Positions 30,929 through 42,692 are shown, numbered from the stretch's first letter. The stretch: DNA of 64,000 nt from Aphanothece sp. CMT-3BRIN-NPC111 (GCA_019359765.1 JAHHGU010000008.1:23929-87928); one strand, 5' to 3'. Notes: generated from the letters alone by a model not told the origin. Numbers and translations: made by a program.

Positions 30929-33073
30929 TTAGCTAATGTCTCTATCAAGTGGAAAATCAACAACTACAGGGGTATTGCCGTTTTGCTCCGCTGGGTTTGA
31001 TTGGGCGATCGCTTCATGTCCGTTTGGCTGGGTAAGGTTGCCTTGCTTACCATTTTGATTCCACAACAGCATTGTCAGCAGCCCATCTACCAAACCGTTA
31101 CCACTGTTGTTACCGCTGACTAATACATCGGGGATCAGGCGCACATTGCGATCGCCAATAATTTGCATCAGCTGCATCGAGGTATAGCCTTGTGAACCCA
31201 ATGCTTCCACACCAGCGCGGTAGGTTTCAGCTTTAGCATTACCCGTGGCACGAATAGCGTCAGCTTCCCCAGATGCTCGCAATTTTGTGGATTCTGCCTC
31301 ACCCGTCGCCTGTTGAATTTGCGCTCTTGCTTTCAGTTCTGCGATCGTCACGCTTTGCTCAGATTTAACCATTTCTTGCTGAATATCAGCCAGCGCCGTC
31401 TCCCGGACAAGCTGCTGCCGTTGGGTTTGTGCCATCTGTTGGACTTCGTAAGTCTTGCGTTCTTCTTCCGCAATCTTCCGCTGCGTCTGCGTCTGCATCA
31501 GCGTTGCTGGCGGCTGAATATCACCAATTAAGGTATCAATCGCTTGCACATCGTAACTCCGCAGCGCTGTTCTGATATATTCAGCGGCTTCAGCCTGCCG
31601 TTCACTACGGGCATTGAGGAAGTCCAGGGCTGTGTAATCTTGTGCCGAGTTGCGGAAATAATTACCGATGCTAGGTTCCAGCACATTATCCACCAGATTT
31701 TGCATCGAACCCACGCGGGAGATCACTTTCGGGGCATCCAAAGCGCCCACATGAATAATCTGCGACACTTCTAAATCGAAGGCGAACCCATCTGTAGAAC
31801 GCACAGTCAAAGCTTCCAGATTAGCGTCGTACTTGTGCCGTTCTGTGCGACCAGACCAGTTCAATACAATATTGATAGTTGGCACCAGTTCAACTTTCAT
31901 AATCCGGGTGTTCAGCGGATGCTTACCGGGATAAAGTGCTTCCACCCATACTCCCTTATGTCCAGGATTGACTAAATTACCGTGAGTGAAGGCAGCACCA
32001 CTGACATCTTCCTGGGCTTTACCGACAAAAGAAATCACCACGCCCACATAGCCGATGGGAATTTCCGTCATCGGGACTTGCTCAACGTTGACAAACCAAG
32101 GATTCAGGTTCCACGAACCAGAGAGTAGAATCTGCTCTTGCAAGCCTCGTTGCCCACCCCCAGCAATAAAATTTTGACCGTTTTGGAAGTTATCGTGTCC
32201 AGGGATAATGGGGCCAGCCATCTCCCCTGCGGGAATAGGAACGCCATCAAGAGTGGCAACAACGCCGACTTTATCTGAGGCGACTGTATAGACTCGTAAG
32301 TGTTCGGGACTCATGCCATGCTCATTAGCATTGGCTGCCGTAATAACTTTGAATAAAGCGGTGTTGATGCGGTATGTACCAGCAGTTAGAAAACCGAGTT
32401 GACGACCTTTTTCTCCTCCTCCCATGAGGAATTTACGCGCATCTTGAAAATTGTCACAAGGCAGAACTTTACCCAAAATGCGTTCTGGGGGGATCGAGGC
32501 ACCATCGGCGGCTACTATTAGAGCGATTTCACCTTGAGGCACGACAGTTACTGATTCTTTGCGAACCGAGTACTGCCAAGGCCAATAACCCCAATGCCAA
32601 CCAGGTGCAAGGGTATCAGCTTGATAGCCAGCTTCATTTTCCAAAGCAATTAATCGCCCTGGGGGAAGTCCGCGACCGGAAACAGTAAATTTCTTAACAA
32701 CAATACCTACTTCGCGTTCGCTGATGACAACCAGTCCTCCAAAGAACAGGGGGACAAATATAATTACACCGCCCACAAGAATGATTGGTATCAACCCCCC
32801 CAGTGACATCTGCGTTGTCTGCACCGGCAATGTCAGCAAGTTCCTACCGGGTTGCGGCTCGTTTGTCAGTTGTGTTTGGTCAAGTTGCTGTGTAGCTATC
32901 TGGTTGGCGTTCAGGCTTATTGGTGCCGATTTTTCAGCCAGTGACGTTTTGAGGGGAGTAGCACTAGCAAATTGGATACCGCTGGCAAGAGTTAGGGAAG
33001 CGACTACTGATGCTGCTAAATTAAGTACTTTAGACGGCTTTGGCGATCGCCACTTATTTATGAGAAGTCTCAT
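30929..33073 (-). CDS. SPFH/band-7 domain protein (flotillin-like)
   Basis: N-terminal signal/TM; two SPFH-like cores beginning VISEREVGIVVKKF; C-terminal EA-rich coiled-coil typical of flotillins; 714 aa. Confidence 0.6.
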   Translation of the reverse strand: MRLLINKWRSPKPSKVLNLAASVVASLTLASGIQFASATPLKTSLAEKSAPISLNANQIATQQLDQTQLTNEPQPGRNLLTLPVQTTQMSLGGLIPIILVGGVIIFVPLFFGGLVVISEREVGIVVKKFTVSGRGLPPGRLIALENEAGYQADTLAPGWHWGYWPWQYSVRKESVTVVPQGEIALIVAADGASIPPERILGKVLPCDNFQDARKFLMGGGEKGRQLGFLTAGTYRINTALFKVITAANANEHGMSPEHLRVYTVASDKVGVVATLDGVPIPAGEMAGPIIPGHDNFQNGQNFIAGGGQRGLQEQILLSGSWNLNPWFVNVEQVPMTEIPIGYVGVVISFVGKAQEDVSGAAFTHGNLVNPGHKGVWVEALYPGKHPLNTRIMKVELVPTINIVLNWSGRTERHKYDANLEALTVRSTDGFAFDLEVSQIIHVGALDAPKVISRVGSMQNLVDNVLEPSIGNYFRNSAQDYTALDFLNARSERQAEAAEYIRTALRSYDVQAIDTLIGDIQPPATLMQTQTQRKIAEEERKTYEVQQMAQTQRQQLVRETALADIQQEMVKSEQSVTIAELKARAQIQQATGEAESTKLRASGEADAIRATGNAKAETYRAGVEALGSQGYTSMQLMQIIGDRNVRLIPDVLVSGNNSGNGLVDGLLTMLLWNQNGKQGNLTQPNGHEAIAQSNPAEQNGNTPVVVDFPLDRDIS

Positions 33074-33228
33074 ATTTGTAAAATTGAGTAGTTGACAATT
33101 CTGTCAGATTTATCTACAGATGCCACCCTAGCATTTCCCTAAAACTTGACCAGAATTCTTAAACTTCCCGTAACGAACAGACTAACTAAATTGTTAGCTC
33201 TGCGAACCTCTGCGCCATACCTCTGCGT

Positions 33229-33262
33229 CCTTTGCGTTAAAAAAACTCCTCCTATTAGCTAC
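33229..33262 (-). terminator. rho-independent terminator downstream of atpC
   Basis: On the minus strand: gactcctcctagtagctaataggaggagt followed by ttttttt. Confidence 0.6.
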
Positions 33263-33301
33263 TAGGAGGAGTCTTGACAAAACCTTGCCGATATGCAGTT
33301 C

Positions 33302-33715
33302 TCAAGCTTGAACCATACCACCTGCGGCTTGAAAACGAGCGCGGGCTCTCTTTAAAGCTTGAGTAGCTTGAATCTGCTCTTGACGAGTGCCATTCTGAAC
33401 TTGATTGACACGAGCCTCAGCTTCGTTGTAAGCAGCACGGGCATCTTCCAGTTTAATTTGGTCGCCCCGCTCCGCACCATTAACGAGAATGGTTACTTCG
33501 TTGCTTTCCACTTCTGCGAATCCACCCATAAGAGCGATCGCCACCCAATCCTTTCCAGGACGAACGCGCATCACACCCGTATCCAGAGCCGTCAACAAAG
33601 GAGCGTGACCGCTGAGGATACCGAGTTGACCAGTGGTGCTGGGCAAAATTACTTCTTCAGCATTAGAATCCCAGACAGTTTGGTCGGGAGAAATTACACG
33701 AACTGTTAATGCCAT
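33302..33715 (-). CDS. atpC: F0F1 ATP synthase subunit epsilon
   Basis: [16 protein letters not shown]...[17 protein letters not shown] epsilon-subunit signature; 137 aa. Confidence 0.9.
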   Translation of the reverse strand: MALTVRVISPDQTVWDSNAEEVILPSTTGQLGILSGHAPLLTALDTGVMRVRPGKDWVAIALMGGFAEVESNEVTILVNGAERGDQIKLEDARAAYNEAEARVNQVQNGTRQEQIQATQALKRARARFQAAGGMVQA

Positions 33716-33784
33716 AAATGAATAGTTTTGAGTGTTGAGTATTTGGCTTTAAGTTGGCAGAAGAGATTTGATTTTTGAGCTTTG

Positions 33785-33812
33785 AGTTAAGAGTTCAATC
33801 GCTCTTAACTCA
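33785..33812 (-). other. perfect 10-bp stem-loop between atpD and atpC
   Basis: gagttaagag ttcaatcg ctcttaactc, flanked by STRR heptamers inside the intercistronic space. Confidence 0.45.
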
Positions 33813-33842
33813 ACACTCAAAATTCAAAACTCAAAACTATTA

Positions 33843-35312
<1,470 letters not shown>

Positions 35313-35483
35313 CTATCTTTCCGGTAGGGAAAAAATTCTTAACATTTAGAAATGCTACTTTCCAGATTACCACCGAAAGGATGTTGAATCTTCCTGGTAG
35401 CTTGAGTTTATCTATTATGTTCACATAATCCCCAGCCTTAAAGGGCTTGTTATTACCCACATTTATTTCACACGAAATCCAGA

Positions 35484-35545
35484 TTTTGGGGGTCTGCCCC
35501 CCAAACCCCCCATTGGGGGGCGGTCGCGTCCCCCAAGCAGAGTCC
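35484..35545. repeat. G/C-tract hairpin cluster (C5-6 and G5-6 runs)
   Basis: ttttgggggtctgccccccaaaccccccattggggggcggtcgcgtccccc, giving overlapping alternative hairpins. Confidence 0.4.
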
Positions 35546-35630
35546 GAAAGGTTTGATTATTGATGCTGATTTTCCTTTCTAGACTTAGCAATTGCAGGCA
35601 TAGTCCGTTTAATATCGCCTCATTCAACAG

Positions 35631-35748
35631 GTATAGCAGTTGCCATAATAGCTCTTGACAATCGACACTAACCCCTATGCACGCTATAAGTCGCTATAAC
35701 TGCCAAGCTGGCTCGTTTTCTAAAAGCTAATTGCTAAAAGCTATAAAT
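35631..35748. mobile_element. MITE-like element with GTTATAGCAG/CTGCTATAAC terminal inverted repeats plus a GCTAAAAGCTAATT tail, copy 1
   Basis: gtatagcagttgccataatagctcttgacaatcgac...tcgctataactg, then ctaaaagctaattgctaaaagctataaat; homologous to copies at 63197 and 63901. Confidence 0.5.
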
Positions 35749-35758
35749 GCGATCGCTC

Positions 35759-36064
35759 TCAGCTGATATCGCTGCTGAGTGAAGGCACTTCTTCAGATTC
35801 CGCCTTAATGCGTCGGATGGGCATGTTGGCAATTAACGCCGTTGCCCGTTGGTTGCTCTCCAGGGAAAACTCTAACCCCTCGGTGTCGATTTCCACATAG
35901 CGAGAGACAACTTCTAGAATTTCTTTACGCATCGCCTCAATCATCTGCGGAGTAAGATCGGCTCGATCGTGGGCGATTACTAGTTGGAGACGACGCTTGA
36001 CTTTCTCGCGGCTGTTGTCAGCACCAATGCGAGGAAAAAGTCTTTCTAGAAGTTCGCTAATCAT
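35759..36064 (-). CDS. minE: cell division topological specificity factor MinE
   Basis: [12 protein letters not shown]...[16 protein letters not shown] signature; 101 aa; downstream of minD. Confidence 0.85.
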   Translation of the reverse strand: MISELLERLFPRIGADNSREKVKRRLQLVIAHDRADLTPQMIEAMRKEILEVVSRYVEIDTEGLEFSLESNQRATALIANMPIRRIKAESEEVPSLSSDIS

Positions 36065-36088
36065 GTAACAGGCTTTCCCCGATGAAGC

Positions 36089-36895
36089 TTACATAATCTT
36101 AGACCACAACAGTTTTCGCATGCGGGAGAAGAAGTTCTCATTTCCAGCATCCAAGTCAATAAACTCAATAGGCTCACCTTTTAACCTGCGAGCAATGTGT
36201 TCAAAAGTCATTCCCACTAAAGAGAGATTTTCAGCCAAAGCTAACGGTTCCCCCCGGTTAGTGGAGACAATGACGCGCTCGTCCTCAGGAATAACGCCAA
36301 TCAGGGGAATGGCGAGGATTTCCTGAACGTCCTCTACAGACATCATGTCATTAACTTGTACCATTGCTGGTCTGAGGCGGTTGACAATCAGGTGAGTGCG
36401 CTTGATATTTTGTGCTTCCAGTAAGCCAACTACGCGGTCGGCGTCCCGCACAGCAGCAATTTCTGGGGTCGTGACAATTAAAGCTTCCTGGGCGGCGGCG
36501 ATCGCCTTCTGAAAGCCCAACTCAATCCCGGCTGGACTGTCAATCAGGACGTATTCGTATGTTTTTGCCAACTCCGTAATCAGCGACTTCATGTGATTGG
36601 GGTTAATTGCTTCCGCCCTACGGTTTTGGGCAGCGGGCAGCAACACCAGCCCCGGCTGCCGTTTATCTTTCACCAAAGCCTGTTCTAAGCGACATTCACC
36701 AGCGATAACTTCAACGGCAGTATAGACAACCCGATTTTCTAACCCCAGCAGCAGATCTAAATTTCTCAAGCCGAAATCTGCATCCACCAGGGCAACTTGA
36801 GACCCTAATCGGGCTAGGGTCATTCCCAAATTTGCTGTAACAGTGGTTTTCCCCACTCCTCCTTTGCCGGAGGTAATAACAATAATGCGGCTCAT
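36089..36895 (-). CDS. minD: septum site-determining ATPase MinD
   Basis: MSRIIVITSGKGGVGKTT deviant Walker A; 268 aa. Confidence 0.95.
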   Translation of the reverse strand: MSRIIVITSGKGGVGKTTVTANLGMTLARLGSQVALVDADFGLRNLDLLLGLENRVVYTAVEVIAGECRLEQALVKDKRQPGLVLLPAAQNRRAEAINPNHMKSLITELAKTYEYVLIDSPAGIELGFQKAIAAAQEALIVTTPEIAAVRDADRVVGLLEAQNIKRTHLIVNRLRPAMVQVNDMMSVEDVQEILAIPLIGVIPEDERVIVSTNRGEPLALAENLSLVGMTFEHIARRLKGEPIEFIDLDAGNENFFSRMRKLLWSKIM

Positions 36896-37692
36896 GAGTT
36901 TGAGAATAAGTGGGTTTTAGAAAAATCAGTAGCTCTGGCGATACGAATTCCTGACGGCGTGACGTAGGCGACCTCCGGATATAACTGAGCCAGTGGCGTC
37001 TCCGGTGCCCTGGCCATATAATCAGCAATTCGCAGCTGGGTTGGTTCCATCTGTAGTGCCATAATCCGACATTGAGAATTGCCAAAGGCACCTGCATGGG
37101 CAATTCCCCGCAGACGCCCCCAAACTAAGATATCGCCTGCCGCTACCACGCTACCACCCGGATTTACGTCTCCCATAACGACGACTGTGCCGGAATGACG
37201 AATTTCTATACCAGAACGTACCGTCGTTTCCAGATATAAAGGGTCTGCTAATGCCGAGGCTGGCTTTGAAGGTTCTGAAGATAGAGAAGAAAAGGGTGCC
37301 TGTTGTTCCACCGAATAACCTGCTGTTGCTGCCGCAACTGCGGTTTGACGGCGGTTAGTGTAAACCCGCTTGAGCTGCATCTGGGCTTCATTCAGGGCAT
37401 CGGCGATCGCCTTTAGCTGGCGTCCATCCAAAAGTCGGTCTTGAGCCATGAGATGAACGCCCACCTGGGGTGGCCAAAAGCGATCGCCCGCATTTAGGCG
37501 ATGCTTTAGCTGTTCCCAAAGGTCAGTCCAACTGATAGTTGCGTGAGTTTCTGCTTCTGTTGGCAAGATTAACAGCAGCGTTCCCTCCTCACTTTTCAGT
37601 TGGACTTGCAGGTTGCGGTTCTCTTCCGGGACACTTTCGGAAACGTCTGGCAAAGGGGTAGGAAGGGCAGCATCGGAAGTCATAGGGGACAA
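36892..37692 (-). CDS. minC: septum site-determining protein MinC
   Basis: C-terminal beta-helix region (VVMGDVNPGGSVVAAGDILVWGRLRG); 4-nt overlap with minD. Confidence 0.8.
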   Translation of the reverse strand: MSPMTSDAALPTPLPDVSESVPEENRNLQVQLKSEEGTLLLILPTEAETHATISWTDLWEQLKHRLNAGDRFWPPQVGVHLMAQDRLLDGRQLKAIADALNEAQMQLKRVYTNRRQTAVAAATAGYSVEQQAPFSSLSSEPSKPASALADPLYLETTVRSGIEIRHSGTVVVMGDVNPGGSVVAAGDILVWGRLRGIAHAGAFGNSQCRIMALQMEPTQLRIADYMARAPETPLAQLYPEVAYVTPSGIRIARATDFSKTHLFSNS

Positions 37693-37806
37693 GTCTGACC
37701 TATGGGGGTTGGCTAATTATCCATCTTAGATGAGTGGCGATATTGTACCTCAAGAGCAACTTAAGCTTAATGAATTGCTGCTCAAGTACTTAGATGTGGT
37801 GGATTT

Positions 37807-39168
37807 TTAAGTTTTATGACTCAAGCGCCGATAAGTTATGGCTAAGGCATCAGCATCCCCAACATTGCCGGGAAATAGCACCACTGGCAAATTAGGAAAC
37901 TGGGGATGATCTACTGGCGATCGCACTATTGAGCATCCTGGCAGAATCTGACCCAGTAGCCGCGCTGATTTTAAGGCTAGACCCTCACTCAGGACATCAT
38001 TAGAGGTAATGCCCCCCTTACTAATCAAAAAACCAATATCTGCTGGTAAACCACGCACAATATCCATCAATAAATTTGAAACCGCTGCGCCAAAATCTAG
38101 CCGTGTCTGTACATCCTTAAAACTTAGTTCCTGACGGCTGGTATAAACTACTGGCGTTTTACCCGCAGCGTGGGCATTATGAACGCTTTCGAGAATTTCT
38201 GCTAGCAGCTGGACACGTTGCGGTGGTGAATCATCGAGTAAATGAGCCACATCTACCTCAACGCCGACAATACCAGGCTCCTCAAGTAAGCATTGCAATT
38301 GTTCAGTGGTCTTTTTCACATGGGAACCAACAATTACCGCTCCTGGCTTGCCCCCGCGCACGTACTGAGCCATATCTTCTGCCACAATGGGCTGGGGTCC
38401 CAAATTAGCTAGCGAGGTCAAGATGCTGGCAGCGCTACGAAACAAAAAGCGTTTTCCCTGACTCGCTGCTGCCAGAATATCCGCGGCAAAAGTATCTAAA
38501 TCTGCTTGGGTTTCCGCATCCACAACGCCACATTGGTTGCCAGAAAGTTTCAGCAGTCGTTCCAAGCTTCCGGCGCGAATATCTTCTAGTAGAAATCGCT
38601 CTACGGTGCTAGCTGAAATGCTGCCTTTGGTCTTTTCTGCTACGTAATCAGGCAAATAGCTGTGGTGATAGCCAAAAACCGAATCGCGGGCAAACTCGGT
38701 TTCATGCACTGGTGTCTCCACACCGTTAACGATTAAGTAATGTACGCTGTCGCGGGTGATTCGCCCCCCCTCAAAGAAAGCTGGAACCAGGAAATGGGCA
38801 TCAAAGGGACCGAGTTCTTCGGCAATGACGTCTGTTTCCACTGGGTAATGTCCCCGCAATGTGGAGTCAGAACGGCTGACAACAAGGAAATCCTCAACGC
38901 CCTCAGCTGCCAAGGCAATTTTGAGGTTGTGGCAGACTTCTCGCGTCACCTCTGCTGCTGGTGCAGGTGCGATCGCTCTTGTATTCGTCAGCACAAAGAA
39001 AATTGGCGAGTCCTCAGCTAACCCTAGTCGCAATGTATCGACATCCCAACGCATCAACAGCAAACAGCTGTGGACAGTTTGGGAACCTGTGGGGTCATCA
39101 TCAAGGACAATGATTTTGGGTTTGGTTGCCATCTTGAAGTTGAACGCTGACGAATGCCATTTTCTCAT
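37807..39168 (-). CDS. four-carbon acid sugar kinase family protein (DUF1537/DUF4392, OtnK-like)
   Basis: N-terminal KIIVLDDDPTGSQT motif typical of the family; about 440 aa; the likely start is Met13. Confidence 0.6.
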   Translation of the reverse strand: MRKWHSSAFNFKMATKPKIIVLDDDPTGSQTVHSCLLLMRWDVDTLRLGLAEDSPIFFVLTNTRAIAPAPAAEVTREVCHNLKIALAAEGVEDFLVVSRSDSTLRGHYPVETDVIAEELGPFDAHFLVPAFFEGGRITRDSVHYLIVNGVETPVHETEFARDSVFGYHHSYLPDYVAEKTKGSISASTVERFLLEDIRAGSLERLLKLSGNQCGVVDAETQADLDTFAADILAAASQGKRFLFRSAASILTSLANLGPQPIVAEDMAQYVRGGKPGAVIVGSHVKKTTEQLQCLLEEPGIVGVEVDVAHLLDDSPPQRVQLLAEILESVHNAHAAGKTPVVYTSRQELSFKDVQTRLDFGAAVSNLLMDIVRGLPADIGFLISKGGITSNDVLSEGLALKSARLLGQILPGCSIVRSPVDHPQFPNLPVVLFPGNVGDADALAITYRRLSHKT

Positions 39169-39197
39169 CTGTTGTTCACATCTTACTGAGGTGGTAG

Positions 39198-40877
39198 ATG
39201 AATCGCTTCATACGTTTCCCCTCACCGCTCGCTCGCTCTCTACAGGCGGCTATCCTAGCGCTAGGTATTGCTTGCCTGCTGATCGTCTTGCCGATCGCGG
39301 CTCAAACAAAACCAACTGCCCCCATTACCCTGGATGGGCGGCACCTGTTTAAGGTCAGCGATTCCGGGGGATATAGCGCTCAACAACGTGCTGAGGATGC
39401 CAATCGCCTCCTCCAACAAACGGTAAAGACAGCTGAACCACCAGTCCCGGTGCAGGTTGTTGAGAGCAATGATTTACCTGTGATTCAGCTGAATGGTAAT
39501 TACTTGCTGACAGTTACACAGGACGATGCCCCACCCGGAGTCAGCGCCAAAGAGCAGGCTAAGGCTTGGGCTGAACTTCTTAAAACCTCAATTGAGCAGG
39601 CTCAGCAAGAGCGGAGTGCAGCCTATATTCATAATGCTTTGTTGCTCTCTGTGGGATGCGTGCTACTGGCGCTCGCCTGTGGTTGGGGGGTGGGCTGGAT
39701 TTGGCGTTATTGGTTGCGCCCCTTGCTTCCTAGAGAAGTCACAGATTCACAGACACCCAAGCAACAAACTGGTGTCGAGCAGGGAGCGCGCTTTCTCATA
39801 GTCGCCATCCGTACTCTCCTATGGCTGGGCACCGCCATCTACATTGCTAATTTGTTTCCCCAGACGCGGGTATGGAGCCGCAGTGTCACAGATGTCCTAG
39901 TTTTCACCCTGGCTTCACCGATGGTGCCTTTGGGGGAAAAATCTTATTCGCTCATGCAGCTCATACTTTTGATCGGGCTGTTTGTGGGTCTGCTCGTTTT
40001 AGCCCGCACTGCCAAAAAGCTGCTGCGATCGCGCGTTTTAGGCATGACTGGCATGAGTCGCGGTGCCCAGGAAACCGTTGCCCTGATTGCTAATTACGCG
40101 CTCATCTTTATTGGCACATTAGTGCTGCTACAAGTCTGGGGATTAGATCTTAGTTCCCTAACCATCTTCGCTGGTGTTTTGGGTGTCGGCATCGGACTCG
40201 GCTTACAGGGCATCGCCAAGGAATTTGTTAGTGGTTTAGTGATTATCTTTGAGCGACCTATTCAAGTCGGCGATTTTGTCGATGTCGGTGGACTGGTGGG
40301 CACCGTAGAGCGGATCAGCGTCCGTAGCACTGAAATTCGCACCCTAGATCGGGTAGCAATCTTTGTGCCTAACTCCCGCTTTCTGGAATCAGAGGTCCTC
40401 AACTGGAGTTACCCTAGCCCAATTTCACGCCTAAAAGTACCAGTCCGTGTCGCCTACGGGTCAAACTTAAGTTCTATGCGAGGCGCACTCATAGACGCAG
40501 CTAAAGAGCATCAGGATATTCTTTCTGAACCCGCCCCTCAGGTATTGTTTAGGGAATTTGGCGAAAGTTCTTTGCAGTTTGATTTGTTGGTTTGGATTGC
40601 AGAACCAAGCAAGCAGTTTCAGATTAAGAGCGACCTTTACTTTCGGATTGATACCCTACTGCGCGATCGCCACTTAGAAATCCCTTTACCCCAGCGCGAG
40701 CTGCATTTTCGCAACGGCGGCTTACCCTTGGAACTTTCGCCCCAGTTGCAAGATTCTCTTGTCCAGCTGTCCAATGGTCTTTCCATCTGGCTTAAGCACC
40801 AAGCTAACCAAGTCCCCCAGGACTCCTATAACGGCACCAATTCGACTGAGCCTCCAAGCCAGCAGCCCAACAACTAA
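39198..40877 (+). CDS. mechanosensitive ion channel (MscS family) with N-terminal periplasmic extension
   Basis: Signal peptide; multiple TM helices; conserved MscS core GLQGIAKEFVSGLVIIFERPIQVGDFVDVGGLVGTVERISVRSTEIRT. Confidence 0.85.
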   Translation: MNRFIRFPSPLARSLQAAILALGIACLLIVLPIAAQTKPTAPITLDGRHLFKVSDSGGYSAQQRAEDANRLLQQTVKTAEPPVPVQVVESNDLPVIQLNGNYLLTVTQDDAPPGVSAKEQAKAWAELLKTSIEQAQQERSAAYIHNALLLSVGCVLLALACGWGVGWIWRYWLRPLLPREVTDSQTPKQQTGVEQGARFLIVAIRTLLWLGTAIYIANLFPQTRVWSRSVTDVLVFTLASPMVPLGEKSYSLMQLILLIGLFVGLLVLARTAKKLLRSRVLGMTGMSRGAQETVALIANYALIFIGTLVLLQVWGLDLSSLTIFAGVLGVGIGLGLQGIAKEFVSGLVIIFERPIQVGDFVDVGGLVGTVERISVRSTEIRTLDRVAIFVPNSRFLESEVLNWSYPSPISRLKVPVRVAYGSNLSSMRGALIDAAKEHQDILSEPAPQVLFREFGESSLQFDLLVWIAEPSKQFQIKSDLYFRIDTLLRDRHLEIPLPQRELHFRNGGLPLELSPQLQDSLVQLSNGLSIWLKHQANQVPQDSYNGTNSTEPPSQQPNN

Positions 40878-41119
40878 AGCACTATTGCCCACCGCTATAA
40901 TACCTACTCTTCTCCTTTCCCCTCAAGTAGTTGCCTACATCCTGTTGAAAATATCTGGCAGAAAAATCCGGAAACAGGCAACTACAGTTGGTAGATTCAA
41001 GTAACCCTACAAAATTCAGAGGCTCGCGTACTTATCTAAAAAGTTTTGATAACAAATTTTCCTCTCTTATTTGTGGTGGTCTAAAATATTGCTGTATTTT
41101 GTAAAACTGGTGGTTTAGT

Positions 41120-41986
41120 ATGAAGCTTAAAAGTTTTAAATCAGTTCAGCGAACCTTAGCAAGTACTCTCCTCCTTTTCAGTGTCATGACTGGTAATGCA
41201 GTTAAAGCACTGCAAGAAGATACAATTGCTACCAAATCTTTATCCACGAATAATCTAGTAGCAGTAGCTAAGGAAAATGGCAAGTTTAAAGTTCAACACT
41301 ATCCCATAGAAAATTCAGCTTATAAAAAAATAGAATTTATTTTAAAAGAATCACAAGCTTTTGAAGAATTAGCAAAAGGGCTGAACGAAACTTTGGCAAT
41401 GCCGAACGACGTTACTATTAAACTAGGTGAGTGTGGTGAAGCAAATGCATATTACGCTCCTAGCACTCATGAAATAGTCATGTGTTATGAGTTAATGGAA
41501 GCTTTTGCCGACAACTTTTTTAAACATGTTGATACGGAAGAGGAACTTTATAAGAAGGTAATATTTGCTACACTTTTTGTTTTTATGCATGAAATGGGAC
41601 ACGCATTAATAGGCGAGTTAGATTTACCAACAACAGGTAAAGAAGAAGATGCAGTGGATCAACTCGCCACCATAATTATGACCCTAGCTGGAGATGAAGG
41701 AGGAGAGATTGCCTTAGCAGCAGCCAAACAGTTTGAGCTGGCAGGATCGAAACAAACAGATATTCAAAAATTACCATTTTGGGATGAGCATTCTTTGGAT
41801 CAGCAAAGATATTACGGCATCGTTTGTTTGCTATATGGAAGCAATGCCGAAAAATATACTTTCTTGGCTCAACAAGCAGGTCTACCCGAAAGTAGAGCGC
41901 AAAGATGTGAAGCAGAATATGTAAAAACTGCTATTAGCTGGATGAAATTACTCGAACCCTACGTGCGAGAAGAACAAAAGATATAG
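41120..41986 (+). CDS. secreted putative zinc metallopeptidase (HEXXH, DUF4344-like)
   Basis: Signal peptide; FVFMHEMGHALIGE HEXXH motif; markedly AT-rich codon usage compared with neighbouring genes. Confidence 0.5.
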   Translation: MKLKSFKSVQRTLASTLLLFSVMTGNAVKALQEDTIATKSLSTNNLVAVAKENGKFKVQHYPIENSAYKKIEFILKESQAFEELAKGLNETLAMPNDVTIKLGECGEANAYYAPSTHEIVMCYELMEAFADNFFKHVDTEEELYKKVIFATLFVFMHEMGHALIGELDLPTTGKEEDAVDQLATIIMTLAGDEGGEIALAAAKQFELAGSKQTDIQKLPFWDEHSLDQQRYYGIVCLLYGSNAEKYTFLAQQAGLPESRAQRCEAEYVKTAISWMKLLEPYVREEQKI

Positions 41987-42029
41987 TGATTAGCGATTAG
42001 TATTATCTAGATTGGTAGATTCATCTAGA

Positions 42030-42180
42030 GTCGGAACTGCTGAGACAAAATTAGCCGCGTCTTTACCGCTTTGTGGAGTTATGAGTTATGAGTTTTGGAT
42101 GAAGAGTTAATAATTCAAATGTCATAGCTTAAAACTCTAAACTTTTGAATGTTTTGCATCTCCAGCAGTTCCGACAGAGT
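42030..42180. repeat. hairpin-forming repeat (about 15-bp inverted arms flanking STRR heptamers)
   Basis: gagtcggaactgctgag ... (gagttatgagttatgagttttgga) ... ccagcagttccgacagag. Confidence 0.4.
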
Positions 42181-42215
42181 GAAAAAATTGTATCCACGCT
42201 GCTATAAGCCGTCAA

Positions 42216-42473
42216 TTATCTTCGTAAAGCCTGAGGCATCGTTGAGTGGTTGCCGCCACCATCATGCATTAATACAATACTGTGGGGTTTGGCATTCTTT
42301 AGTACGTTATTAGCTAACAATTGTGCAGTAGGACGACGGCTATGGCTGTCCGCAGACTCAACTGGCCACATCATGACGGTGTACTTATTCTTTTGAGCGT
42401 AAGTAGCTAATCCATTACGTAAAGCACCACCAGGAAGACCGAAGTAAGAGGTTTTTACTCCTAACGAAAACAT
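42216..42473 (-). pseudogene. C-terminal fragment of a polysaccharide deacetylase (NodB family) gene
   Basis: 85 aa that includes the IVLMHDGGG deacetylase motif but lacks the N-terminal catalytic DDG/H motifs; an intact paralog lies at 45006-45689. Confidence 0.5.
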
Positions 42474-42692
42474 AAACCTCTAAATATCTCTTCAACTTTT
42501 AAGCTTAATAACTGTGCAGGAATGTCCTTTCCTTAAAAGAGTGAGGATTTCCAATTAGGTAGCACATTAGCTATAAAAACACCAGAAGTAATGAAAAAAT
42601 TTTATAAAATTTTTATATTTGTTAATCTACTGGTAGTCCTGAGATAGTAGCATCTATAGGTTATAGAAGGACAGCCAGGGAGAAAAATTATT

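Noticed and set aside
36711-37103. 130-aa ORF overlapping minD and minC
   Set aside because: Out-of-frame shadow of two well-supported genes.
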